DNA of 64,000 bases from assembly GCF_006345805.1 (NCBI RefSeq), contig NC_043007.1, positions 6,696,001-6,760,000 of the forward strand. The letters are read 5' to 3'. This DNA comes from Octopus sinensis (taxonomy: Eukaryota). The position numbers and the translations under genes were made by a program. Positions 40,852 through 54,355 of this stretch are shown one piece after another (position 1 is the first letter of the stretch; every line of letters begins with the position of its first letter). The notes under the pieces are model-generated. The model was given only the letters and a program-made list of their open reading frames with translations, had not been told where the DNA came from and did not search any database.

Positions 40852-41106
40852 TTATTTACATTATTTATATTATTTACATTTGACGGATATGCGTCCCCAT
40901 CTTGTCTGTTTTTACCACAACGTTTCGGCTGATTTACTCTATAGACTCCATCAGTTGTTCTCTGTAGAATTTTTATCCCAAACCTGAATTCTTACTCCTA
41001 AGGTATTTTTTGCTGATATTATCATTATCATTATTATCATTGCCTGAAATTGAACTCGCAATCTTGGGGTTAGTAGCCTGCGCTTTTAGCCATTATGCTA
41101 TATGCC
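40852..41106 (-). mobile_element. tRNA-headed, hammerhead-bearing SINE-like element (older copy)
   Basis: A-box TAGCATAATGG, B-box-like GAGTTCAATTTC, (AAT)n, CTGATGG...CAGCCGAAACGTTGTGG, (AATGTAAATAAT)n tail. Colinear with 61699-61441. Confidence 0.7.
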
Positions 41107-41129
41107 ACCATCCATATAGTGTAAAGGGA

Positions 41130-41700
41130 GGGATTTCTCAGTGCCTAAAACATCGAGCAAAGAATATAAGTAGTGATCCTGATACACACCACGAAGAAAT
41201 AATCAAGCTCAGTAACAATCTATTAACCAACAACTAACCCCCCAAAATATACTATCCGCTCCAGTTAGGAAGGGAACAGAGGATGAAACCTATGGATTGT
41301 CTACAGTCTGTATACCCTATGTGAAAGTTCTTTCGGAAAAGATACAAAAGATATGCGGTTCATATGACATCAGGACGGTATTCAAAATTAATACAACACT
41401 TCGCAGATATTTTCTCCGAGTAAAACCACCAATAGAAGAGAATATGACCGAAGATTTTGTGTACTCCATCCCATGCAGTTGTGGTAGATTATACATGCCA
41501 TCCCCTCGAAATAGGGGTAGAGGAACATCGCAACTCTGTGACACGTGATGTGGAAAAGTTGGGTATAGCTGATGATGTATGGAAAGCAGGAAACCACCTT
41601 CCCCTGTGGGATGAAGTTAAAATGATAGACAGAGAACACCACTGGAAAATACGAAAACTAAAAGAAGCAGTACATATGCTAGGACACAGTAATGTTGTAG
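41130..41700 (+). mobile_element. Penelope-like element GIY-YIG endonuclease fragment
   Basis: VCIPYVKVLSEKIQK...VYSIPCSCGRLY...VEEHRNSV...LPLWDEVKMIDREHHWKIRKLKEAVHM. Confidence 0.85.
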
Positions 41701-42933
41701 GATGTTGTACGATCATATTAGCTATACCTGGTAACGATGGTGAGCTCTTAGTTTATGTCACATGCAAAAGTAAACACTGCTTAAAGGCATCGCAGTTACG
41801 TAACTGTTTATTATTCGTATAAGGAAAGCAGCTGGAAATGGTTGAGAAATTGAGTCGTTTCATTAGGAATTGTCGTTGCTGATCTTGCACTGTTTTTCTG
41901 GAGTATTCTCCATGCCCACCCTCTAACGTTGTAGAAAAATATCGCTTGCAATATCATAATACAGAATTGGAATTCATTTCTCGTAGCTTAATAAGCATTT
42001 CGTAATCATTGTACACTTCCTTTAATATTATCTTTGAAGTAAATTATATAAAGTATATATTCTGAATACATTCCTAATTCTGAATACATCCCTAATCAAC
42101 CATTGCATTATTGCTTCAGGTAAAATTTAAAGGTTTTCACTGCAAAAGATTTTACCAAGGCTATACAAAGAAAGGGGTTCTATGGATTCTGATTGTACAG
42201 CTCAAAAGTTATTTTTTTTAAATTGCCGTAGTTTCTATGGAGGGAAATATGCTATATCTTAAAAAAGGAAATGCACAAACTGAAATATATGCGATTGAAC
42301 AATAATTGGAAAATAATATTGATTTATAATCTACAGTAATGCTGATAATGTTATGGGATTGATTGAAATGCACAATTACAATTTGACAAAATTTTTTAAT
42401 TGTTCATAAATTTTACTTGTAATAATGGCTAACTCGCGCCTATATATGCCGGTTGATATGTTAAGCGGATACATACACCCACACTCTTCACATACACTTG
42501 TGTGTATTAGACTGCGCAAAAGGATTTTATAGTGGAAGAATTACAATGGGCACTCAAAAGCATGCACCGACATGCTAACATTTGTATGTCATCAAACTGT
42601 AGTATCTCCCAAATGGAAATCAATCAAGATGAACCTCCACTGCATAAATTCAAAATAAATCATTCGTGACTGTTTAGCGAGTTTGGAATATTTTTTCGCT
42701 ATATGATATTGTTTTCAATAATTTTAATAACATTCCTCTTTAACCACCGTGATATTCAACATTTATATGACAATTGGGTGTTAATGACTTGCATATTTCT
42801 ATTCATTCTATGAGCACTTCATGGACTTCCAGATACATTATATTAGTTTAATTTTTGTACAATATTTATGGACGCCGATTCATGAAAATTAACTAAAAAT
42901 AGATAGAATGCAAGTTTAGTAATTTTCATCTAG

Positions 42934-43001
<68 letters not shown>

Positions 43002-43992
43002 AGTGCATGTTTTTATTTATAAATATATACAGACATACAAACAGGCTGACAGATAGATAGCTATATAGATATACAGACGTGAATATATTTACATATGTAT
43101 ATGTTCGTATAAGCACAGACCACACATGTGCGCACACATACTCACACACATGTATGTATATATTTGTTTTATGCTAAATATTAGAAAACGTTTTAATTTA
43201 ATTTTAAAACTGATTCTGCTGGAATGTAAATTAATTCTTTTCCAACGTTTTACGTTTATTTCTAAACTTTCTAATTTCTAATACAACATTTCAATATAAC
43301 ATAAACTGAACTGCTACCTAAAAATAGACAATAACTGCCGTTTCAATGATTTCACTAAACATTCTGGTTGATTTATTAAAATTATGTAGGTTTATTGTCT
43401 TCGGTATCATTGGAAACATAAATGTGTTAATGTTATATGTAAGGTTTACAAATGTATATTTACGCTGTTCAACTTTTTACGATACGTAACTCGGAAAAGT
43501 ACAACTGCTTGGTCATGGAGGGACACATTACATAATGTAATTCCATAACTCTGTAAAAAGGTGAGATGCTCATGAGAAAATGACGTTTATCGTGGAATTC
43601 TTCCATTTTGTTTGAGCCGTGGTAAAAGAACAAAAATAAGTAGAAAAGTTTAAAATTAAAAAGTGAAGAATTTTTGAAGAAATATTTCAGATAGGTGTAT
43701 TTGTGTGAAATTCGTTTTCCATAAACAGTCCAGATTCGATGGAAGGAGACATCTTGGAAGCTTTCTATCATAAAGAAATTAGAAAGTTTCTCAAAAAGTG
43801 TTTTCCTACCCTTCTGTATGTTTGGAAATATCTAGAAGAAAGGTGAAGGGCGGATATAGTGCCTATTTGTAATCATTGGGAGAATTAAGGGTTAATGGCA
43901 CCAATATTTTCCTTGGAACCACGTGATTAGAAATGCATCATTTAAACGAGGACCTCTTGAATTTATTTCGGACACATGTATATCACTGAAGG

Positions 43993-44345
43993 TAGTAGGC
44001 ATCCGTCGGTCTCGTGAGACCACAGATCTGCGCCCGAAGGAATTCTGTCGGATGCTTATGGTGGTGCAGCGTCTGCTGTGACTACAGAGGCCCACAAGGG
44101 AGTGGCAGTCACGTGTACAGCAACTACATTTCAAGGAACTCTCTACCGACACTACTGGTTTTTCCTTCCGTCGAGTGCACTTTTCATTGGTGGCGAGTTC
44201 CTGTTTTCCTTCCCCTCGCTTCATCCCCCTTTGCAGTATTTGTCTCCAGTGTGGAAGATCATTTTCGACCTCCTCCCATCTCAGGGCGTCCATATCAAGC
44301 AAGGGGTACAAGTAACTTATACATTTTTAGCCATGAAGATTCATG
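43993..44345 (-). mobile_element. RTE-clade LINE 3' end
   Basis: WEEVENDLPHWRQIL...CSCCTRDCHSLVGLCSHSRRC followed by the GTCTCACGAGACCGACGGATGCC 3' motif. Confidence 0.8.
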
Positions 44346-45094
44346 CCCCATCATGACAGTGTTGGTTATTTTCAGCGAAGTGCACATTCGTTCTGGTGTT
44401 TCTTGTCGTAAACAAAGAACGCTTCTGAAAAAGTGAAGGGGCTAGCTGAAAATCTTTTGATTGTTTAAGTATCCAACAACGGTCAAGAATACTCTGGAAG
44501 TAGTTTATTCAAAGGGCAAATTATTAAATTGATGCACAATAATCGTAAATAAATTTTAGCACATTTTACAATAATTGTCAGTTTAACAATAATAGGAACT
44601 ATATTAGAATTTGTGCAACCATAATACACAACAGAAAGTTTTGATTATAAAAAGATATTCAGAGATGCTCAAAAGCCTACGAGAAAGAAAATATACTCAT
44701 AAATAATATACGCGCTATGTAATGTGTGTATGTGTGTTTGTAACTAATGTTCATCATAGTTTTAATTGCAGTTTTCCATAAAATATTTAGCAAATTTTAT
44801 TCGAAAATAAGATTTATTGAAATAATGTTGATCATAGGCGCAGGAGTGGCTTTGTGGCAAGTAGCTTGCTTACCTACTTCCCATGAGTTTTTGTTGTCAG
44901 TGTACGCATGCGTCGTTGTGTTGTGCACTGAAGAAGATAGCCGGCAGTGTTTACCCTGCCAAAAAGAAGCTGCTGCAAGGTAAAACGTTTGTCTCTTGGG
45001 TCCAGTGGCGGTTGTTGTCTGTGCTTATATATTTTTACAAAAAAGAAGTCCTCACTGGATTCAGGATGTTGGTCTACTTGCGGTTCAGCAATTT

Positions 45095-45376
45095 TGTTCA
45101 CATTAAGAGAAATTTTTTTTCTCATTGCGAGAAGTACAGTTTGGTACCGTATCCTTCAACCAAAAGTTATTAACTTTTTAACAGTGTATATATTTACAAC
45201 ATTTACCATTATTGGAAAGCTGTATTTCAAGTGTTCACATTAAGTGGAATTTTTTTTCTCATTGTGAGAAGTATAGTTTGGTGATGTATCCTGCCACTAA
45301 GAGTTGTTCGCTGTTTGTAAATAGTGTATATTTTTACAACTAAATTTACCAATAATTGGAAAGCTGTATTTGAAGT
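45095..45376. repeat. Two-copy tandem duplication, unit about 140 bp, diverged
   Basis: GTTCACATTAAG...GGAAAGCTGTATTT(C/G)AAGT at 45095-45232 and 45233-45376. Confidence 0.8.
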
Positions 45377-45659
45377 GGAGCAGTCCAGGTTCTAATCGGA
45401 GTAACAAAGGGCTTGGAGTACCAGAATACCCAGAAGAATGTTTTGCTATCTTTTGTTGAACTGTTGTTTTCTTTTTCTATTATGTCTTTCTTATTGAACT
45501 GTTTGCTTTTTCTCTTCTTCCCTTTTGTTTCCTTTTCCCTTCTCACTTTTCTTTTTAAAATTTGTGAACTATTGTTTTGGACTTCTTACTTTTTAATTTA
45601 AAACATGGCAAAAAATACGGATAACCCTTTAAATTGGAAGATAAGGAAGTTCATTTTCG

Positions 45660-46018
45660 GCTTTGGGAACCAGACAAAATTTGCTGCAGCTCGGCTGGGA
45701 TGTGTTACTCCACCCTTCATATTCCCCAGATAGTGCTCCTTCGGATTTCCACTTATTCAGGTCTCTACAGAACAGTCTTAATTGTAAAAATGTCAATTCC
45801 TTCGATGACGTAAAATGATACCTTGATGAATTCTTTGCCATGGAATACCCTCTCCCTCAATTCCAGGAAGAGGGTATTTTCAAGTTAAAAAGGAAAGATG
45901 TAGACTCATGTGCAACAAAATGGTTCATAAACTGGTAGATTAAAAATGTAATGGCAAGTATTTATTGGCCTTTTCCTTTCCTTTAAAAATCGGCACGAAC
46001 TTTCCGGACAACCCAATT
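45660..46018 (+). mobile_element. mariner 3' fragment with TIR
   Basis: LGWDVLLHPSYSPDSAPSDFHLFRSLQNSL; TIR-like AAATCGGCACGAACTTTCCGGACAACCCAAT. Confidence 0.85.
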
Positions 46019-46628
46019 TTTAACCGACCCTTAAAATGCAAAGCCATCTCAAATGAGAGTGGAACATCACATAGAAAGCTGAGTAATTAAACTACAGACT
46101 CAGACACGTTGAGCTACGTTACGGTTTTTGGCTATGAGTCACTCTCCTTTGTTTAATAAAGATAATTGGATGAGATAACTATTGTATATCTGCGTGAAAT
46201 AAAAACACTGTTAATGTGAAATTAGCGGCACTGGATTTGAATATATTAATTCTAAATTAGCTCTGAATTTTTAGTTACTTTTTAATACTTTCTCATTTAT
46301 ATACAGCGGAATTATTAAAAATAAAACTGCTATTAATAAACATTTATTTTTATTGCCAGGTGCAAAATTGCTTTTAAGTAATGAAAGTGGGAGATATATG
46401 AATAATGAAATAATGATTATGACAGAGAAGAATTTTGGATTTTATATTATGATTGAAAATTATACGAAAATAAGAAAAGGAAAGTCTAAGTATTAAATCT
46501 CATTTACGATGTTGCGTTAAATGCAGGAATGGGCAGGGATTTCGTAGAATGCCCACTTAATGAAATAATCAAAATTCTCTCATTCCTTTACTCTCTTTCT
46601 CTCACTCACTCGCTCTCTGAATGTGTGT

Positions 46629-46668
<40 letters not shown>

Positions 46669-46683
46669 AGTGTTTGTGCGAGT

Positions 46684-46903
46684 GTTTTGAGGTAAGTAGC
46701 TTACTTCCCAACAAAAATATTTCCGAGTTCAATCCCACCGTGTGGTCTCTTAAATAATTGTATTCTACTATAACCTCGGGCCGAGCAAACACTTGTGAAT
46801 GGATTTGTTCAGTCTCACTCCGTGACACTTTGGGCGAGTGTCATCTACTCTAATAGCCTCGGACCGACCAATGCCTTGTGAGTGGATTTGAAAGAAGCCT
46901 GTC

Positions 46904-46958
<55 letters not shown>

Positions 46959-47110
46959 GTGTGTGTGGTGTGTGTATACATAATGTATGTTTGTGTGCCT
47001 GTGTCCATGTCTGTCCTCCATCACTGCTTCACTATTTGTGTCGGTTTGTTTACATCCACCTAAGGTACCTGTTCGGCAAAGAGACCGATAAAGTGTGTAG
47101 CAGGCTTGAA
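46684..47110 (+). mobile_element. SINE family A, degenerate, with a duplicated head segment
   Basis: Two successive head segments (46690-46810 and 46815-46905), then microsatellite and 3' half. Confidence 0.6.
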
Positions 47111-47149
47111 AAAAATAACACTTCCTTCTCCAAGCCTAGATTCGAAAAC

Positions 47150-47500
47150 GAATCTAAGGATTCTTGTTCGTTCAAACCACCACGATCAACAGGCGCGAAG
47201 AAGGCTTTCTTTGTCCTGTCAAAAAAGTGATCGATCATCTCCCTTTCACCTACGACGACAAGCATGTCAGGCGAAGTTCAAATGGACTTGGATCTGACCT
47301 ATTTGGGCACAATCTCTGTATGTCTTTCCTTCTAGCTGCCACGATTATTATAAATAGGATGGTCATCAGAGGGATAGACAACAACAAGAAAAAAGGCCTC
47401 GCAGGCAGACGAGAAAGGTCTACGACACGACAGAATGTTTTGGTGGCAGACCGCAGAGACCGAGAGAAATGTTCGAAGTTCCACAGTAGACTACTGTCTC
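47150..47500 (+). mobile_element. Decayed RTE-like LINE fragment
   Basis: LFGHNLCM...KKKGLAGRRERSTT resembles WFGHxxRM...KRxxGRP. Confidence 0.4.
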
Positions 47501-47964
47501 CAATGAACTGTGCACACACACACACACACACACACAAATATATTCATTTCTGACATATGACTTCCACAGAAGTACCCTGTTTCTATTTCTAGCAACTCGT
47601 AGCTGTTGTCAACATTTTGCATATAGTGAACCAACTACAAATTAAGTCCAGTGAATAAATTATTTTTAATTATGAATCGATTCACTCATTTATTTACTGC
47701 AAAGGCTTACACATACTTTTTGTATCTCTTCACCTGATATACACATTTAAACCACCACAGGCTTGAAAAATATTAATACTTTTAACGATTGAAGGCTGTG
47801 CTCAAGCGTAGCCGCAGTCTTGTAACAGAAACAAAATATTAAAGATTACAGGCGTGAGTGTGTTGTGCGTGTGCGTGTGTGTGGGTTTGTGTGTTTGCGA
47901 ATGTGTGTGATTGCGCGCGTGCAAATGCAGATATATACATATGACGTATAAATTTTGATTGGTT

Positions 47965-48157
47965 AATTGGCCATGAAGACAATAAGTTCCAACAACAACA
48001 ACAACGTGCGACTCTCGCTTCCGGCACCGGATGTCCGCATTGTGACCGACCTTTTCAAGCAAGAATTGGTCTTATCGGTCACCTACGAACTCATTAGTAA
48101 ATTTTCGCGAAGACCATCATCCTCGACCTTGAGGGATTGCCAGAAGAAGAAGAAGTT
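47965..48157 (+). mobile_element. RTE-clade LINE 3' end
   Basis: GCPHCDRPFQARIGLIGHLRTH*, then ACCATCATCCTCGACCTTGAGGGATTGCC and a (GAA)n tail. Confidence 0.85.
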
Positions 48158-48379
48158 CCAAGTATACGTGAGTGTTTTTCCTCAGCATGTGTGCAAGTGC
48201 GCATGTGTGTAGGAATGCGCATCCCGTGAGCGTGAATCCGTGAGCGTTCGCTTGAAGTAAAATGTTGAGAGAAACAACGCTTTGAAATCTGCTTTAATAC
48301 ACAATAGAAAAATGCCGTCTGTTACGGTATACCAACCGGAAGTAAATGAAATATTGAACAAAAGAACTTAATGGAGCCT

Positions 48380-48830
48380 GGACATCTCAGCATGCACCAA
48401 CATTATTATTTAGCAATGGAAGTTGTTAATAATGGATAGGAACATGGAGGAAATTTAGAGTTTCACTATGATAGAGTTCGAATATATCAAGAAACTGTAT
48501 GTGCGCTAGAGCAAGAAGATTATCAGACATTGCTCATTGAACATTTCAGATAAAATTCTGCAGGTTTTCAAAGGTATTTTATCAACGCAAGAAGGAAAAT
48601 AGTTTACTCAAATATCAAACATGGATGGAATCGCTTTCCGTTTTGAGTTCCCGTCAGGAGGATGGTAGAATCTAAAGTGTTGTTGGTGCAGGAGCTCATT
48701 GACAAGATACCTTACATTGTTTTGGGGTTATGCGTTGATGGACAAAAGAAAGAAGCTTCCGAGTTTCTAAGTTTTAAAAGAAAGGTACGACATATCGAAG
48801 AAAAAAAAAACAGGTCATGAACTGTATGAA
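48380..48830 (+). mobile_element. Decayed LINE RT relic
   Basis: RHCSLNISDKILQVF resembles RPISLLNxxYKIL; many stops. Confidence 0.3.
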
Positions 48831-49429
48831 TCTAACAGGTGAGGAAGTATGGTAAAATAATAAAATAAAATAATAACAAAATAGAAATGGTAAGAAATGG
48901 TAAAAAAGCGTCAATTCCAAGGTGATATCCATAATCATTGGGGTTACATCATATGGTAAAGAAAGTCATATATATATATAGTCTTTTGTGCTCCTGCCCT
49001 GACATTCTATTCATACGAGGCACAGTCTATCCGAAAATGTTTGGTATTTTAATAATACAAAGTTTCTTCACTTTTTTCCAATTTTCATGCTTGGACCTTA
49101 TATTTATTTCACTTTAATCAATGAATGTGTGTGTGTTGTGTGTGTGTGCGTGTGTGTGTGCGTGTGTGTGTGTGTGCGTGCGTGCGTGCGTGTTTGCGTG
49201 CTTATTTGTACATGAGAAACTCGGTAAGCTTCTCTGACCATCATTTCTTCATTTCCAATCGGGCATTTCTCATGAAAACGGAACGATACTGTTTGAAGAA
49301 ATTGATTTAAAATATATTTGATGCTTCTTTCAAATGGATTGTCTTTAATACTTGTTAAGGGTAAACAAATATAGCACCGTCCTCTCTTTCTTTGTTGACG
49401 TTGTACTTACTGCCATCAGCAGCAACATG

Positions 49430-49705
49430 GGCCACTTCCATCTCCATCTCCTCCCCCCTTCTCCACCTCCTCCCCTTCTCCTCCTCCTCCTCATCATTAT
49501 CATCACCTTCGTCTTCTTCGTCTTCTTCTTCCTCATCTCATTCTTCCCCTTCTCCTCCTCCTCCTCCTCCTCCTCCTTCTTCTTCTTCTTCTTCTTCTCC
49601 TCTTTCTTCTTCTTCTTCTTCTTCTCCTCTTCTTCTTCTTCTCTTCTTCTTCTTCTTCTTCTTCTTCTTCTTCTTCTCTTCTTCTTCTTCTTCTTCTTCT
49701 TCAAT
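49430..49705. repeat. (CTC/CTT)n pyrimidine-rich tract
   Basis: Direct reading. Confidence 0.95.
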
Positions 49706-51698
49706 ACCAAACGCATTTCCCATTAATTTTTCTTCCTTCAAATTATTCTAAACAGAAATCATTAATTATAATCACCTCTTCTTTTCAATGGAATTCCTTA
49801 AAATGTTTTTGTTTCACACAAACATGTAGCAATTACTTTGACAATCAGAAGAACTCTATTATTTGTGCGGGTGATTATAATGCCGTTCATAATTAACGAA
49901 TTGACTGTTTTTCATTAGAGAGGCTGCTTAATATCTCCAATCAATTTAATTATATATATGTGCTACGCCTTCGTGTATTCACCCTTTACTTCTAGGACTT
50001 CTTCTTTTTCAATCGCCTCTGCTTCTTGGAGCAGGGATCGTCTTGTGCTAGTTCCTCTCCACCTCTCTTTACTCTCTCATTCTTTTTCCTTCCATCACAC
50101 CTATTTTCCACCCCACCCCCACCTGTTCTGAAGTAAACATTCTGTCTAACTCTTACTCTCTAGTACGTTGATCCTCTGGATCTTTTCGGATCATCTCTCT
50201 CTCTCTCTCTATCTTGCAACTCTCGGACATTATGGGGATTAGGAGTATTAAGCGCAGATCTTGGAGTACATGCGAATGCTACAGGTAGGGACACTTGCCC
50301 TACCTTCAAAGCCACCAAGTGACAAATAAAAAATAGTACGGTATTGGGATGTCTAATACATGATTCGCTCATTCTGATTTTATTTATGTGGATTGTGGAG
50401 AAATAGCCATAAAATGTTGTTACTTATTTGCCGGTGCTGGTTTGTAAATTCATATTTTTTCATCTGATAGGTCTTATTGTGTTTGCAGCCGAATGGAGTC
50501 AAAATCAAATCCTTAAATTCTGCTGCTTAAGTAGTTTCAACAGTATTAGTTCTACAGCAACCAGAAATATTTTCATATGCAAACAGAGATGGAAGCATCA
50601 AAGCATTGATAGTTAAACACACATCGGGGTCAATTAAGTTTTCAAAACGCAAACATGTATATACATGCATAAATGTATACACGTCCATGTATGTATAAAT
50701 ACATACACATTATGTGTACATGCATAAATACATACCCATCTTTGTATATTATTATAACGCATCTCATGAAGTGACTTGTAAAAGTGTGTTAAGGTGAAGT
50801 TTATTATTTAAGCAATGTATAATTGAGCACTTATACACAGGTAAACATATTTATATGTAAATAATTTCACTTACATATATAACATTGTATAAGTCATCAA
50901 GATTATCTACTTTATAAATAAAGCTTTTCTGTGGTTGAAGTTAGACGATTGTAGTTATCGATGAGATGAAAATGCCATTCAAGAGTCACCAATTAGTACG
51001 GCTGACTACGTTTAATCGCAAGTACCCGTAGGTTATGCACATAGTCCGGTTTTATTACCATGTACTTATATTGAACTTCGCACATTTTTAACAAGACAAT
51101 TTTCTACACGCGGTTTTTTCAACGAAAACTCAATAAATACAATTCTATATGCGTGTCTGTGTGTCAGCATGTAAACATATACATCTATGTATGCGTCTAT
51201 CAGTACGTATGTATGTATGTATGTTTCTATGGATGCCACTAATATGGGTATGTCAAAACAACTATAGTATAACAGCACGCGATTTACGCAGCAACTAAGC
51301 ACACATAGTTTCACTTTATGTTGAAGTCACTGTCTACATTTAGATGCCGCCATCGTAATTGCTAATATCTGCAGATAGATTTTAGAGAGCTGCTTAAAGA
51401 AACACATATGTAAATAGGTTTGGAACATCGGCATAAATATGGCTTCAGATGATGTAAGAATACGATTGTAATTAAATTTTCTCTCTATATTCTTCCAGCC
51501 AGACAGCGAAACCTCAAATTGCATATCGTATAACAATACCTAATATGTCACAGACATACGTAGTAACAACTACGCGTAGTCTTACTATGCACAAAATCAG
51601 TGGTATGCATATATACATCTCTGCAACCAACCATAAAAGCCAGAATAAATGTGGCTTGCTTGGCTGATTTCTCCAGTCACGCTCTGTATCGTATAAGG

Positions 51699-52017
51699 CA
51701 GAGGTTCTCGAACTTTTTGGGCCACTGCACACCCCCCACTTATGGCCATATAATAACCTCAGCGCCCCACCCCTATTTTCAGGTATATATAAATATTTTA
51801 TATTTTACTAATTTATATATACTGTGAATCATTTTATCAAATGATTTGTATATACTATTATAATATAATAAATTCACAACGTCTCATAATTCACTGCCTT
51901 CCTCCCAACGCCTCCTTTTTCTCTACCGCCCCTGCCCCCGCCACCTTAGGCACCAGCGCTGATCTGGACCGTCTCAACGCCCACGGCAGGGTGTAGCGCC
52001 CACTTTCAGAACCCATG
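51699..52017. mobile_element. Non-autonomous hAT/Charlie-like element
   Basis: TIRs CAGAGGTTCTCGAACT and CATGGGTTCTGAAAGT (reverse complement); no clear 8-bp TSD. Confidence 0.55.
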
Positions 52018-53699
52018 GACAGAGAAAGAGAGCCATCGAGTAAAATTAAATTGAGAGAGAGTTAAGTTAAGGGTGAGACACGATATAACAAAGGAACAGA
52101 ATCATTGACAAATGTTTACCGGAAGTGTTATACAAATGAGAAACTTTTTTTATTTAAATTTATTTGAAAGTAATTAATAATTTTCGTTTGATAATTAGCA
52201 TTCATCATTATCACAAAATGTGATAAAAAGTTAATTTTTAATTATTCTCTGTATGCATTTATTTCCTGATATGACCCATGGTGACAAAAATGTTCTGGCC
52301 AGGTTAGCGTCTATATGACGCGTAACGTTCCAGAATTGGTAGAAATTTCTCTGTCTTTAAGGATTTTTCAGTGCATTTGTATTGCAATTCTATGTGAAGA
52401 CCACTTTGAAAGTTGATTAATATACCTGACATCAATTGCTAAATTGAATTTACAGAGATATAATTGACATCACAGTGTCATCTAAAAACATCTCATTAAC
52501 ACATCACAGCGACGATAATAAGAGAGATGTCAAAGACTGGCACATTTGCATTGAAAATTCGCCTCAAGACAAACTATATAATTATCCATTGAACCGATAC
52601 AAATGTTATGATATCATCCAAACAATCGCACGAGGCGTAGCAGACTGATAAATACAAAAGAAAATTTTGATATCAAGTGAAACAACTTAATCAACATGAA
52701 AGTGGAGTGGGTGCGGGGTACACAGGGGAGTGTCAGGTGACAATTAGTTTTGCTTGATTTCAGGAGGCTGATGGCGTCACATTGAGTCAATCGTAGACAA
52801 TATTTAAGAAGAGACTAATTACACGGAACAGTAAATATTGATTGGAAAATTTACTAAATCGTTGCCGGTTTGAATGTTCAGCAGATAAATATTAATAGTC
52901 AACTGTTTGAATATATACAGTTTACTGTATATATGCCTGTATTCTATATATACTGTATACGTATACAGTACGGAAGCTGTTTATGTTTATATAGCTTCTC
53001 ATCAAGCATCCCTGCATAAAGTGTAAGCCGGAGTTGGAGGTAGAGAACACGTGGCCATTGCTACGGCCCACCCCTAATATACTGCACGGTTCGTCAAATG
53101 AACATTCTCGTAGCGCCATGGAATGGATCCATCAAAAATAACCGACTGAAAGAGCGATTAATAATAAACAAGATAGTAATTCTGTAAGAGGATTCCTGTG
53201 TGTCGTAGCAAACATTTTGTTTGCTACGAATCCTTTGAAACCGATCTTACTTGTAGCGTTATGATAGAGTTACTAATCACTTATTTCGTGTGCTGGAAAT
53301 AGCAGCTATGTATTTGTCCTTTATCACATTCTCTTTCCTTTTCGATCCTCCCAAGCGGTGTCCTGTGTCGCTGTGTTACGGCGATGAAATGACACGTTCA
53401 TAAGGGTAACGTAAAAAATACCTTGCGGTATTTGGACCGGGTCTTTATGTTCTCTGTTCAACTAACAAAGTCAAAATTGGTCATTTATCTTTTCAGGAGT
53501 CAATATAATTAAGTATTAATTATCTACAATTTATTATTTAATCAACCAACCTCTTCCCTCCGAAATCCTGTCCTTGTGACTATTTAAAAAAATAACAATA
53601 CAAGATTAAGTACTTTAATATATTATTATATAGTTTATTAACTATGAATGCATACGATTTATGTAAAATTCCCCTAATATTTTACTAACATGCCCGTCT

Positions 53700-53830
53700 T
53701 TATGTTCTGAGTTCGAATTCCGCCGAGGTTGACTTTGCCTTTTATTATAAGAACCAGATGAGGAATGGGATCGAAATATTCGATTTATACGCCAATCCCC
53801 AAATTGTTAGCGTTGTGCCTAAATTTGAAA
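53700..53830 (+). mobile_element. SINE family B partial
   Basis: GTTCTGAGTTCGAATTCCGCCGAGGTTGACTTTGCCTTT. Confidence 0.6.
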
Positions 53831-54355
53831 CAAATATTTGGCGAACATCTACCGTCTAACACAGGCAGAGTTATTGAAATATTTGGGAAGAGGTTTATAC
53901 CTTGCGACCAATGGTTGTGCTTTGAGACATTAACTCAATGATACGCTTTCTTTTGCAGAAACTCCGCCTATGTAATAATGGACGAGCATTGTTCTAACCT
54001 TACAACTGCATGATTGATATTCCACCTCGAGTTTAGTATATGATTAATGAACAGAGCTTAAAGAATGCTTATTCACTTCTGGCGAATTTAATGAGATTAT
54101 CGTTTGGTTCCATTTTTGGAATATCTGCAAAATTACCGAGTAAGTTGGATTTCTTTTTTTATGAAACATGGGATAACTCTGAATATATTTGCTGTACAAT
54201 TTGCAATTAGATCGATAATACAACATGAAGATAATAAAACATATCTTCAGCTTGAGGAATTGGAGCTCGACATCTGATGTTCCAAATGATATATATATAT
54301 ATCTACCTGTCAGAACTTCCTTAGCCTTCAACTCCATGTTTTCCCTTATGCTGCT

